In this document: in pieces, positions 1 through 19,288 of the stretch
Layout of the letters: each line of letters opens with the position of its first letter
Position numbering within the stretch: position 1 is the first letter of the stretch
NCBI GenBank assembly: GCA_963920595.1
Contig: OY986948.1
Coordinates: forward strand, 1,674,001-1,738,000
Source: Eimeria praecox
Taxonomy: Eukaryota
Direction: 5' to 3'
DNA: 64,000 bases
The notes under the pieces: generated by a model
The model's input: only the letters and a program-made list of their open reading frames with translations
Told to the model about the DNA's origin: nothing
Databases searched by the model: none
Translations under genes and position numbers: made by a program

Positions 1-1047
1 CTGAGTAGTTGACGCAAGAGCGTCAAAATCCAACATTCAATTTAACTATTTATCTTTGTTTTTCTATCTATTTTTTTTTATTTGAAGATTTAATTTTTTT
101 CTGTTTTTTCATCTTTTCTGTTTAGATTTGGACATACTAAGTTTCTGTATTCTCTTTTGTATATATATTTTATTTATTTATTTATAAATAAATAAATAAA
201 CGTTGTATTTATTCCTTGAAGTTTCTTTTTTGTTTATTTATTCTCATATATATTTAATTTATTTTCATATTGCTGTTTTCTCCTACCATAGAAGATTGGT
301 TTCTATGATATTTGCGGTGTATCGACACCTCCGGAAGATCAGCGGAAACTCTGAGAGAATCCGAGGGAATTTGCCTTCGTTTAATATAATATTTTTTGTT
401 ATTTTACGATTTTAATTAATAAAATTGAAGAATTATCCCTTACAGTTCAAAATTTAGGGTTTAGGGTTTAGGGTTTAGGGTTTAGGGTTTAGGGTTTAGG
501 GTTTGCGGCGCGAGGGGCCCCCCCGCACGGCTTCGTGGTCTAGCGATCAGAGAATTGATGTAGAGTTTATCTTTACGATATTTTATTGTTTCTTTTTGTT
601 TTTTTATTCTTTTTATCGTTTTATGCTTTCAAATGGAAGCCTAAAGCTTGGAGGCAGCTGCGCGGCGCTGCCAATGAGAAGATATTTCAAACCCCAAACC
701 CTAAACCCTAAACCCTAAACCCTAAACCCTCGATCTTCGGCCCCTCAACCCTAAACCGTAAACACTAAACCCTAATTCCAAGCCTTTGAACTTTCTGTCT
801 GCCTATCCGCCGTTTGAGGGGGTCTTCTTCCGCTCTGCTGAGCCTCCTCACAAACCCTAAACCCTAATAAACCCTAAACCCTAATAAACCCTAAACCCTA
901 ATAAACCCTAAACCATACATCGTAGATCGACTCTTACGATCTCGTTTCTTGATCTGTAAACTCTCCTTTCTCTTCTTCAAACCCTAAACCCTAAACCCTA
1001 GACCCTAATAAACCCTAAATCTTTGAAATAGGGTTTATTATTTGACG

Positions 1048-2638
1048 ATGATAAATCAAGATCTTCTCAACAACAGAAAACCCCGAATCTATTGTACAAA
1101 AGAAGGACCCCGAGAAAACCCTTATTCTGAATTAGAAACAACAACATTTAATATACATGAATTTAAGAAACAAACACAAATTAAAATAATTTCTGCAGAT
1201 AATAATAAAATTGTTTTTGAACTTAAAAAATGTGATGTTGCATTTGCTAATGCCTTAAGAAGAATACTTATTAGTGAAGTACCTACTGCTGCTTTCGAAA
1301 CCGTACAGGTAGACCCTAAACCCTAAACCCTAAACCCTAATAAACCCTAATCATAAACCCTAATAATAAACCCTAGTAAACCCTAATAAACCCTAATAAA
1401 CCCTAAAGCGTTTAAACCGGAGATAATCCTGAGCAATCGTGTATGATTATCCTTAAAGTTTTGTGTGAGCATAAACTTCATGTTGTCTCTGTTTAGGGTT
1501 TGAGGGGTTTAGGGTTTAGGGTTTAGGGTTTAGGGTTTAGGGTTTAATTTGCAGCTCATTGCGTATTCACCGTATCCCTTTCTATATTTATGTTTCCTCT
1601 TCTATTGGCTGCCTATCGTATGCCATCAAACCTCAAGGGTCTAGGGTTTAGGGTTTAGGGTTTAGGGTTTAGGGTTTAGGGTTTAGGGTTTAGGGTTTGT
1701 GTTCAGATATGGCAAAACACGGGGGTTATTCAAGATGAGGTGTTAGCCCATCGTTTAGGTTTAATTCCTTTTCGTGTTTCTCCAAATAAATTAAAATTTA
1801 GAGAAACAAATCAAGAATTAAATGAAGAAAATTCCCTTAAATTTAAATTACATATTAAATGCACACATGCAGATATTAAAAACCATCAACTTTCTATGCC
1901 AGGTTAAACCCTAAACCCTAAACCCTAAACCCTAAACCCTAAACCCTAATTAACCCTAATTAACCCTAATTTACGAAATTCTCTTAAATTCAAATTACAT
2001 ATTAAATGCACACATGCAGATATTAAAAACCATCAACTTTCTATGCCAGGTTAAACCCTAAACCCTAAACCCTAAACCCTAAACCCTAAACCCTAATTAA
2101 CCCTAATTAACCCTAATTTACGAAATTCTCTTAAATTCAAATTACATATTAAATGCACACATGCAGATATTAAAAACCATCAACTTTCTATGCCAGGTTA
2201 AACCCTAAACCCTAAACCCTAAACCCTAAACCCTAATTAACCCTAATTAACCCTAATTTACGAAATTCTCTTAAATTTAAATTACATATTAAATGCACAC
2301 ATGCAGATATTAAAAACCATCAACTTTCTATGCCAGGTTAAACCCTAAACCCTAAACCCTAAACCCTAAACCCTAATTAACCCTAATTAACCCTAATTTA
2401 CGAAATTCTCTTAAATTTAAATTACATATTAAATGCACACATGCAGATATTAAAAACCATCAACTTTCTATGCCAGGTTAAACCCTAAACCCTAAACCCT
2501 AAACCCTAATTAACCCTAATTAACCCTAATTTACCCTAATTTACCCTGAAGTAGACACTGTGTAATGTTCAGTGGCGATGAATTAGGGTTTAGTATTGAG
2601 GGTTTTAGGGTTTAGGAGTGAGGGATGAGGGTTGCTGG

Positions 2639-2674
<36 letters not shown>

Positions 2675-3449
2675 GGTTTAGGGTTTAGGGTTTAGGGTTT
2701 AGGGTTGAAGGTTTAATATTTTGTTTCTTGGGGGGCGAGGGTTTGCTCTAGGGTTTAAGGATTTAGATGCAGGGTTTAGGGTTTCGGGCTTAGGGTTTAG
2801 GGTTTGGGGTTTCTGGTTTAGGGTTTAGGTTTTAGGGTTTGTGATAGCAGTGTATGCGTAGGCTCTAGGGTTTAGGTTTTAGGCTTTAGGGTTTATGCCA
2901 GCAGTGTCTGCATGTCTGCATGGGTTCTAGGGTTTAGGGTTTAGGGTTTAGGGTTTAGGGTTTGTGGTTTCAGTATACGCTCGGGATTTAGTATGGGTTC
3001 CGCTATCTGAGCGTCAGAAGGAGAAATTCTCTACTTGTCCTCCGGTGGCTGTACACCCCGATATTCTTATTACGAAGCTAAGACCGGGGCAGGTGAGATA
3101 GATAGTTTTGGGGCTTTCTTCTTTGCATGCATGCATGCATGCATGCATGCATAGATAGATAGATAGATAGATAGATAGTTTTGGGGCTTTCGTCTTCTTT
3201 GCATGCATGGGTGCATAGATGGATAGATAGTTTTGGGGCTTTCTTCTTTGCATGCATGCATGCATGCGTAGATAGATAGATAGTTTTGGGGCTTTATTCT
3301 TCTTCTTCTTCTTCTTCTTCTTCTTCTTTGCATGCATGCATGCATGCAGAGTTTGTTTTCTACTTTGTTTGTTTGTTCTATGTTGGATCGAGTTTGCTTC
3401 TTTTGTTGGACTGATGCTTGTTTGCCTTTGTTCTACGTGTAAAGTGTTT

Positions 3450-3489
<40 letters not shown>

Positions 3490-3522
3490 AAACACATATA
3501 TATAATATTTCTTGTTTGTTTT

Positions 3523-3565
<43 letters not shown>

Positions 3566-5432
3566 TTGTTTGTTTTTGTATATATATATGTGTTTATATC
3601 TATATTCATATATATATATATATATATAATTTGTTTGTTTAATTATTTGTGATGTATTAGGAAATAGAGCTCTATGCATTTCTTGAAAAAGGTTTAGGGA
3701 AGACGCATGCAAAGTGGTCGCCCGTGGCAACAGCTGTCTATCGTCTCGAGCCTGAATTAGGTGTCTTACCAAAACCCTAAACCCTAAACCCTAGACCCTA
3801 AACCCTAGACCCTAAACCCTAAACCCTAGACCCTAAACCCTAAACCCTAGACCCTAAAGGCTTAAGGGCAAATGGTTTTAAGCCCTAAACCTCTAAATAC
3901 AAACTGGTAGAAGCTCTAAACCCTTAAACTATAAACCCTAAACCCTTAAATACAAACCCTAAACCCTAAATCCCTCATCTTAAACCCTAAATCATAAACT
4001 GTAGGCTTGTAGCTACAAACCCTGAATCCTAAACACTTAACCCTAAACTCTAAACCCTAATCTGTGAGCTGTGAAGGGCAAACCCTAAAACCCTAGATAT
4101 TTAAGTGCGAACCCTAAACCCCCCCCACCCACATCATCAGCATCTGTTGTATGTATGAAGCCAAGAAGTTGATGTTGAGGGTGATGTTAGGGTTTAGGGT
4201 TTAGGGTTTAGGGTTTACGGGAGATATAATATAATATCAATAGAGGGTTGTACGGACATATTTGAGGTGTACGTACACCTGAATTTGTTTGTTTTTTCTT
4301 GCAGTGTTTACAAAACCCGTAAAAGGAGAAGAGGCGAAAGAGCTAAAGGAGTTATGTCCTATGAATGTGTTTGATATAGAAGATATAAGTAAGAAATATA
4401 AAATAAAATAATAATAATATAAATATAAAATAATAATAATAATATCTAAAAATAAACATAAATAAAAAGAAATAAACGAGTTGAAAACATACGCATACAT
4501 AAACACACAAACAAATAAATAAATAAAGAAAGAAACAAATAAACAAATAAACAAACAAATAAACAAACAAATAAACAAACAAATAAACAAATAGACAAAC
4601 AAGCAAATATAAAAACAAATAAAAGAACTAACACACAACACAAACAAGTTTTATTTCTTTCTCTCCAGCTGATGCAACAGCTGTAGGGTTTAGGGTTTAG
4701 GATTTAGGGTTTAGGGTTTCTCTCTATTTCTAGTTTGTTTTATTTCTGTCTTTGTCTCTTTGCTTGTGTTTGCTTTTGTGTTTCTCCCTATGAACTCAAA
4801 TCATCGTTCTGCTGCTGCTGCTGCTGCTACTGCTGCGGCTGCTGCTGCTGCTGCTGCTGCTGGGGGTCTTCAGGTGGCGTAGCTTACGCGAAATATCCTC
4901 GTAATTGTACTACTTGTCTTGCATGCGTCGAACGTTTTGAAGGAATTGTTCAGTTAAACAAAATCCCAGATGAATTTATCTGTCCGTTCTAAACCCTAAA
5001 CCCTAAACCCTAAACCCTAGACCCTAAACCCTAGACCCTAAACCCTAGATTCTAAACCCTAGACCCTAAACCCTAGATTCTAAACCCTAGACCCTAAACC
5101 CTATATTCTAAACCCTAGACCCTAAACCCTAGACCCTAAACCAGCTTTGTGAGGAGTTTCTGCCTCTATTATTCGAGTGTATATGCATGCATGTATTTAG
5201 GTGTATGTTTTAATTTCAAGTTTTTTTGTTTTTTTTTTCTATTTTTGTTTGATTGTTTTATTTATTTTTTCGTTTAATTTGTTTTGTTTTTTGTTTTTAG
5301 TTTCTATCGAATCAAGTGGCGCTATCCCTGCGCCCGAACTCTTTAAGGTAATGTGCTTCAAAATGCTGCTGTTGCTGCTGCTGTTGTTGCTGCTGCTGCT
5401 GTTGCTGCTGCTGCTGTTGCTGCTGCTGCTGT

Positions 5433-5469
<37 letters not shown>

Positions 5470-5590
5470 TCGTGCAGCTCCGGAGGGCTTAGAGTGTTTG
5501 TTTTTGTTTTCCTTGCAGATGGCTTTGGAGGTTTTGAGGGAGAAGGCGATTACTTTCCGAGAGATTATTCGCACTAAACAACTTGAGTAG
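1048..5590 (+). CDS. RPAC1: DNA-directed RNA polymerase I/III subunit AC40 (RPAC1/RPC40), 8 exons, ~328 aa
   Basis: Exons 1048-1308, 1707-1902, 2974-3092, 3661-3760, 4305-4388, 4874-4981, 5301-5347, 5519-5590; all GT-AG and phase-consistent, 987 nt in total. Motifs: [95 protein letters not shown] and CPxxVFDIE point to AC40 rather than RPB3. Confidence 0.93.
1830..2547 (+). repeat. Tandem array (5 units including the original, period 140-147 bp) of RPAC1 exon-2 3' end + 5' splice site + AAACCCT/TAACCCT heptamers
   Basis: Marker ATGCCAGGTT at 1896, 2043, 2190, 2330 and 2470; spacings 147, 147, 140, 140 differ by one heptamer. Confidence 0.95.
3097..3345. repeat. Four-copy composite intronic repeat GATAGATAGTTTTGGGGCTTT..CTTTGCATGCATG
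   Basis: Units start near 3097, 3172, 3222 and 3276 in RPAC1 intron 3; built from GATA and TGCA microsatellites. Confidence 0.85.
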
Positions 5591-7000
5591 AAATTCAATT
5601 TATTTATCTATTTATTTATTTATTTATTTATTTGTTTGTTTATTTGTCTATTTAGTTGTTTAGTTCTATACATACATTATTGTATGATACAAACATCAAA
5701 TGCCTCCTCGAGGCCATCAAAGCTACACAGCATCGTCCCTCGATCTCTATTAACAGCTTTCGTTGGCTTATGATACGCTAAACCCTAAACCCTAAACCCT
5801 AAACCCTAAACCCTGTTTATCCCTACTCTAGCATCGAAACGGTTGCACTGCATACTTGCAATCACTGCTGCTGCGGCGTATCTGCAGTGTATGGACAGAT
5901 AAGAAGTTAAATGAAAATGTATTTATTGATAATTATATTTGAAAAAGCCAAAAAAAATATAAAATACAACAAGAGGGAAGCCACTTCATCGCATCCCGGG
6001 TGTATCTGCAGTGTATCCACGAAGGGAATATGTGTTGAAGCTACAGTGTTTAAATTGTCTTATTCTACTAAGTTGCATCATGAAGGGTTAGAAATAGAAC
6101 TTCTTAAACCTCTCAAAACAAACGTTCTGAAAAATAACTACAAAATATAAAAAAATATATACCTGCCGACGGACTACAGCGCTGGGGAGGGTGGAGGGGG
6201 GCGAAACTGTGTCTATTTGGCGTCTTTTTCTCTGATTTGACAATCTGGTGACGTTAAATGTTATTGCTTAATTGTTTTCAAGCCTTGAAATCGCGAAAAA
6301 GCTACAAAAAGAAGGCTAATCGTACCTGCAGAATGAAGTGGTGTAGAGCTGCATAGACACCCCACGGGGAGGACATCGAGTTTGCACGTATTTTGTTAAT
6401 TTGTTAAAAATAAGAAAAGAAATTGTTTTGAAATTTAAATAGAGTTAAATTAAATTCAAGTAAATGAGATACAAAGCAAAAGTATTTATGAATAGAAGCT
6501 GCGGCAAGACTGCAGCTGTCGTATCGTTTGAATCCAGGGTGCGACGGCGGCATACGTTAGAAACCGTGAGGTGTACGTACACCTCAGCTTTGTAGGCACA
6601 TCTGAAGGCTCAGCAGAAGCTGCCATATCTGTTGGTACAGTATGGAGGTCGCCTTGGGATCCCTGACAGCTTACAAGGGGAGGCGTTTGAGGGGGGTGTT
6701 GCTTATTAGGGGTTGGGGGGTTTCTTCGTCTCTGCTTCTCTCTAAGGATAGAGCCTTATCTGCTGTTTAGCCCGAGGCAAACACAATACAGCAGCTGCTG
6801 CTGGCAGCCGCTGTATAAGTCTGTCTGGGGCTCTTGCTGACCGCTAGCAGCAGCTGCAACAGCAGCTGCTGCTGCTGCTGCAGCTGCTGCTGCTGCAGCA
6901 ACTCCTGCAGCTGCTGCTGCTGTGCTTCGTTTCCTGAGGCCTGCGACTCCTCCAGAAGCAGCCTCAGAGCCGTCTGTCTCCAGCAGCAGCAGCAGCAGCA

Positions 7001-7031
<31 letters not shown>

Positions 7032-7126
7032 ACAGCGTGCTGCTGCGTATGAATGTGCATGTGTATGAGCTGTGGAGGCTGCAGCTGCATGCAGTAGCAC
7101 CTGTCTTTAAGGTGTTAGAAAGCTAG

Positions 7127-13094
<5,968 letters not shown>

Positions 13095-13102
13095 TTCATA
13101 TA

Positions 13103-13164
<62 letters not shown>

Positions 13165-13171
<7 letters not shown>

Positions 13172-13520
13172 GCATGCATACCTGCGGTGTATGAATGCAT
13201 GCATGATGGTCACCTAGGGTGTATGCATTTATGTATGTACACCTGAGGCCTATCGATCCATGCATGCATGCATGCATGCACACCTGGGGTGTATGCATAT
13301 ATGTGTACGTACACCTCGGGTGTATGCATGCACGCATGCATGCATGCATGCACGCCTGCGGTGTATGCATGCATGCACGTACACCTCGGATGTATGCATG
13401 CATGCATGTACAGCTGGGGTATATGAACGCATGCATGTACACCTCGGGTGTATGCATCTGTATATTTACACCTGGGGTGTACATCCACTTTCTGTGGGAC
13501 GACGAGGTGTACGTACACCT
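13165..13520. repeat. Degenerate array of TGCATGCA and GTGTAYRTACAC palindromes 3' of the sirtuin gene
   Basis: Repeated gtgtatgcatgcatg / gtacacct units immediately after the (TA)n tract that follows the stop codon. Confidence 0.8.
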
Positions 13521-13923
13521 AAAACATAAACAGCGGAAAACAAACTCCTTTCCCTGTTTGCAAATCTTTTTTTTTCACATCTTCTACTTCTTTATTATAT
13601 TTCATCTCTTAATAAGATAAGAATAGTATTATTGTGATTACTATTATTTATTTACTGTCATTTATCTATTATTGCTGCTCATTTTTTATTGTTGTTCGTA
13701 CTAAACAATTATTATTATGTATTTATTATTATTATTTAATTTCTTGTTACGTTTATTATTTTTTTATTATTAATTATTAAGTAGCAGATAGTTGGCTATT
13801 ATCTTAACTGTGGGCTTTTTCTTATTTATCGTTGTTGTATTTATTTATTATTGAAGTACAAACATTACAATTCTGTATTCTATTCTTTTCTATTCTATTC
13901 TTTGTTTAGTTTGATTTCACAAG

Positions 13924-13993
<70 letters not shown>

Positions 13994-14122
13994 ATATAAT
14001 ATATAGTCTAAAGCTACAATAAACCAGAAAATGCAGCCTGGTTGGATTTAATCTACGCAAGCGTCAACTTATTTGCTATTGTTGTTTAAAACTAAATCTT
14101 CTTAATTCTTCCTAGTTTAATG

Positions 14123-14207
<85 letters not shown>

Positions 14208-15112
14208 CTTAAACCCTAAACTGTTGCCTTTTTCGTAGTATTACATTAAACATGTCTTCAGTTGTTTATCTTCTTAAAGTTTCTTATATGAGTGTTGAAT
14301 ATCTGTTTACTACTTCTTCATGTTTATTACTATTTAGTTTAAATTTTGTTAGTCTAGAAGCTTATCCCACAGTTTTCTTTATTTTCGTTCTTCTGTTGTT
14401 GTTGTTCTATCTGTTTTCTTTGTTGCTAGCATTCAATAAAAGTGGCATTTACAGTGTACGTACACATACAAATATATAACTGTTTCAGGTGTACGTACAC
14501 CTCACTGTGGTCTTCAATTTCTCTAATTTTTATGTTTTTGGCTCTGTCTGTTTCCATGTATTCAACTGACTCTATGCCAAGCTCCCCCTAATCTTATCTG
14601 CTCATCTCACTTGTCTGCCTCTGTCTGTTTCTGTTTCTGTTTCTGTTTCTATCTCTGTCTATTCCTCTGTTTGTCTCTTTCTCTTTCCTCTCTGTCTCTC
14701 CCTATCTCTCTATCTATCTCTATCTCTCTATCTATCTATCTATCTCTGTCCCTCTGCCTCTGTCTGTCTCTGTGTGTCTGTGTCTGGTATGCTTTCTATA
14801 GATCGAAATCCCAAAATTTAAGTTAAACTCGTTTATTTAATTTCAGCAAACAAAATCAGCAAATATATTTCTAACCACCACAACCAGCAGCCCCGTCCCT
14901 AGACGGTTTCATCGCTGTCTCAGTCTCTTTCTGTCTTCCTCTTCTTCTTCTTCTTTTCTTTCTTCCTTCCCTTCTCTCCTCTCAGCGATTTGTTTGCAGC
15001 ATTTCCTGTTTTCTTCAGGTTGCTTTCAATTTAAAAAGCACATCAGTTCAGCCGCTATCTGTCTATATGCAGATGTCTTCAGAATTGCTGCTGTCCTGAT
15101 GCTTAGCTGTTG

Positions 15113-15222
<110 letters not shown>

Positions 15223-15303
15223 GATGGCTGACAGCAGCAGATAAGAACATGTAGTGTTGTTGTGTTTGTCTAAGAAGAATAAGATTAAAAATGTTTAATG
15301 TTA

Positions 15304-17186
15304 TTACACGGGCAGTTTCTGATCTCTATCTGGGAAGTCTTCAAAATCAGCAGCATAGTCTTTTCTACGTAATCTTCCCCCCGGTAGTGGATTTTGAAGA
15401 TGTTGAATTTGCTGCTGTGGTGTAAGTGCAGCAATTCCTGCTGCACCAGAAGCAGCAGAAGCAGCAGAAGCAGCAGCAGCAGCAGCAGAAGTGCTGGATG
15501 CTGCTAATCCTCCTCCTTCCCATTCTACAAGAAGCTGTTGAGTTTCATCTTCATCTTCTCCTTCTCCAAAACAATCTGCTGGAACATAGGCAAATTGTAC
15601 CCCTGGTGCATGTTGTAAGAAACTAAGATTTTCAAGTATTCTTGTTTTAATTTTTTCTAAATGCTCAGGACTATTTAAATTGGGAAGAGGGGCTGGTGTA
15701 AGATGTAATTGAAAATCGGGTGCATAATAATCATAATAATCATTTAGAGGTATTTGAGGAGATAAATCTTTATGTCTATCCAGAACAACAGCTGTTTCAT
15801 AAGCCCAACACCGTGAAACATTACGAATCGTATATCCTCCGCCCCCTAAAACTAACAAAGGGATATTAAAAGATTTTACGAATTGTACACATGCTGCATG
15901 CCCTCGAATAGTTAAATTAAATTTTCCTAATCGATCCCCAGTAAGTGAATCTGCTCCACATTGCAAGACAATTGCTCCTGGTCTATACACCTCAATACAT
16001 CTTGTAATAATAGGTTTAAATAAAGCAACAAAACTATCATCATCCATACCATCATTTAAGGGAACATTGACAGCATAGTATTTCCCTTGAGAAGCCCCAA
16101 CATCTGTTATATCCCCCGTTCCAGGGAAGAAATCCCCAAATTTATGAAAAGACACAGTCATTACACGATGAGATACATAAAAAGCTTCTTCAACACCATC
16201 ACCATGATGAACATCAATATCTATATACATTACACGCGCATAATATTTTAATAATTCTAATATCCCTAATACTATATCATTTATATAACAAAAACCTGAG
16301 GCCTCAGATCGCTTCGCATGATGAAGTCCTCCACTCCAATTCACACAAATATCTGCCTGCTGATAATTCAACTTCTTTGCTGCATCTATTGATGCACCTG
16401 AAATAAAAATAAAACCTAAACCATAAACCCTTAACCCTAAACCCTAAACCCTAAACCCTAAACCCTAAACCCTACACTACTATTACTATTACGAATGGCT
16501 GTTTAATATACTCTCCCATCTTTATATTCATATATATATACTAACGTTGTAATGCATATATACACCAACGAATACCCTAAACCCTAAACCCTCAAAACCA
16601 CGCGAATGATAGGCGAAGGCCTGTTGACCCTAAACCCTAAACCCTAAACCCTAAACCCTAAACCCTAGCATACTGCAACACGTACAGACCTGAAGTCCCT
16701 AAACCCTAAACCCTAAACTGTATCCGTCCTAAGCCCTCAAAACCCTAAACTCTAAGCCCTCGCAAGCGCTTTGCCTGTACGGGCTTCTAGTTCGTAAACC
16801 CTAAACCTTCGTAAGTGCCGTATCTACCTGCATAGGCTAAACCCTAAACCCTAAACCCTAAACCCTAAACCCCATAAAACCCTCGTTAAGTGGTTTACCT
16901 GCGCAGGCCTGCTGGAAAGTAAATAGGCCGTCAAAGACAGGGCAGTCCGTAGCTTCTCCTACATTAAAACTTTTAAGTTGAAGAGCAAAGTCTTTATAAT
17001 TATCTGGAGATACAGCAGACAAGAAGTTGATGTATTCTTGAGAATGAAAGAGACATAACTCTGGTTCAATTGACTTGTGGGGTCGATACACCTCCTGCAT
17101 ACAACAAACAAAACCCTAAACCCTAAACCCTAAACCCTAAACCCTAAACCCTAAACCCTAAACATAAGATATAAAAAATAACAATT

Positions 17187-17250
<64 letters not shown>

Positions 17251-18062
17251 CAAAATAAAACAAACAAACATAACAATAATAACAAACACAAAGACAAAAC
17301 AAATACACATAAAGAAAACAAAAGACAAACACTCGCAGGTAAACAAGAAAGTCAGAAAAATTAAATATAACTCCAAAATAACAAAATAAATAAAACGAAG
17401 AAATAGATTAAAACAAGCAACACCAGGAAATATATATTAATATAATTATAAACGAAAGATTAGACAAAGAAAAACATACAAAAACAGGCAGCGAGAGACA
17501 AACAAAGACTGAAAAGACAGAGAGGGATAGATACAGAGACAAACAAGAGACAGAGAAACACAACTAAACAGACAAGGAGAGAGTAGAGAGAGAGACAGAT
17601 AAAGAGAAGAGACAGAAGAAGAGATATCGAGGGAAACAAACAAACCCGAAAGATATAAAAACAAAATAATAAAAGTGTCAAGACAAACAAACAAACATAC
17701 CATGGAGAGACAAGAAAAACAGAAAGTAAGAAATAACCAAAGATACAAACAAACACAGAAGAAGATAAACCGACGAAGGAGACAAACAAACGAAGGAGAC
17801 AAACAAACGAAGGAAACAAAATCAAACAAACGAATCCGAGAGAAGAGAGAGAGAGAGAACAAGAAGAAGAAGAAGAGACAAGTGCTCCTGTATCATCAAA
17901 GCCATAACAAATAAAGTGGTAGGTAAACAAGGAAGTAAAAACTTTGATAAAGAAACAAATAAACAAAGAAGGAAAGAAAGAAAGAAAGAAAGAAAGAAGA
18001 AGAAGAAGAAGAACAAGAAGAATAAGAAGAACAAGAAGAAGCAGAAGAAGAAAGAGAAGCAG

Positions 18063-18102
<40 letters not shown>

Positions 18103-18328
18103 AGAAGAAGAAGAAGAAGAAAAAGAAAAAGAAAAAAAAGAAGAAGAAGAAGCAGAAGAAGAAGATGAAGAGACTCACCATATGTTTATATAGATCGTAG
18201 GACAACACCAACGCATGCGCCATACGAATACGCTGAGGCTTCATAGGATGGCCAGGCCCATAATAAAATGACCCAATATCAGGGTCATAGAAGTAAGCAA
18301 CACGTTTTCTTACCCCCACCAGCGACAT
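15304..18328 (-). CDS. HDAC3: Class I (RPD3-type) histone deacetylase, orthologue of Toxoplasma HDAC3 / Plasmodium HDAC1, 3 exons, ~479 aa
   Basis: Exons 18328-18179, 17094-16899, 16397-15304; 1440 nt, GT-AG. Motifs: [75 protein letters not shown]. Confidence 0.97.
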
Positions 18329-19288
18329 TTTCTCGGGTGTACGTACACCTCAAACACAATTATACTACTACTACTAATTATTATTATTATTATTGACGAT
18401 TCAACCACACCCTCCCGGTAAAAACCCCAAAAAAATCTAAACGATATTCAAAATCAACACAAACACAATAATGAAAATCTATAAAGAACACACCACCCAC
18501 GTTCTGCTCTTGCTGTTAATGGCTGCTGAGGTTGGCCCTGCCCTGCTGCTGCTGCTTCTGCTGCTGCTGCTGCTGCTGCTGATGCTGCTGCTGCTGCTGA
18601 TGCTGCGGCTCTCCTTCAAACACCCCTCAACCCAAAGGCAAACGAGGCAGCAGCTACACCGCAAACGCAAGCAACTCCCATCCACAGCCGCACTGCAGCA
18701 CAAGCCCACCGAGCATACACGTGCTGCTGCTGCTGTTCCTGCTGCTGCTGCTGCTGCTGCTGTGCTGCTGCAATTAGGAGGAGGTGCTGGCACTCCCCCG
18801 CAGCAGCAGCAGCAGCAGCAGCACTAAAAACTCCTCCCGAGGCTTCTGCTGCTGCTGCTTCTGTTGCTGTTGATGCGCTGCAGCCGCCCGTCCCGTGAGA
18901 GGAGGTAGGTAAGCTCCAGCGGGGGTGTTCGCTGTACAGACAGAGACACAAAACAGTAATGAGATAAACCTGACTACAACACCAAAAAGAATTCAACAAT
19001 CTTCAAGAAGAAACCAAAACATGAAAGAGTTGAAAACGGACAAGTAGCAGCAGCCGCTGCAAGTGCCTAGCAGCAGCGGCAGCAGTAGGGCCCCCGCCCG
19101 CACGACAACTCATAGAATATTGTTGTTTTTCTTGGATTTAAATAAAATAAATTTATTTATTTATAAAACCCTAAATTTTATTTTATTATTGAAGCCAAAA
19201 CAAACAGGAACGACGCTTCAACTTGCTTGCCTTCCCTCTCTCCCCCCCCCCCCCGCCCAGTGACTGTACACCCCAAGCCATCGTTGCT

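Noticed and set aside
455..1010. Telomere or chromosome end
   Set aside because: Arrays are short, in both orientations, and recur through introns across the window; they are interstitial repeats.
6756..7100. CAG-rich ORFs upstream of the sirtuin; similar ones at 18471-19000 upstream of HDAC3
   Set aside because: Repeat-derived and probably 5' UTR or promoter sequence; no domain or splice support.
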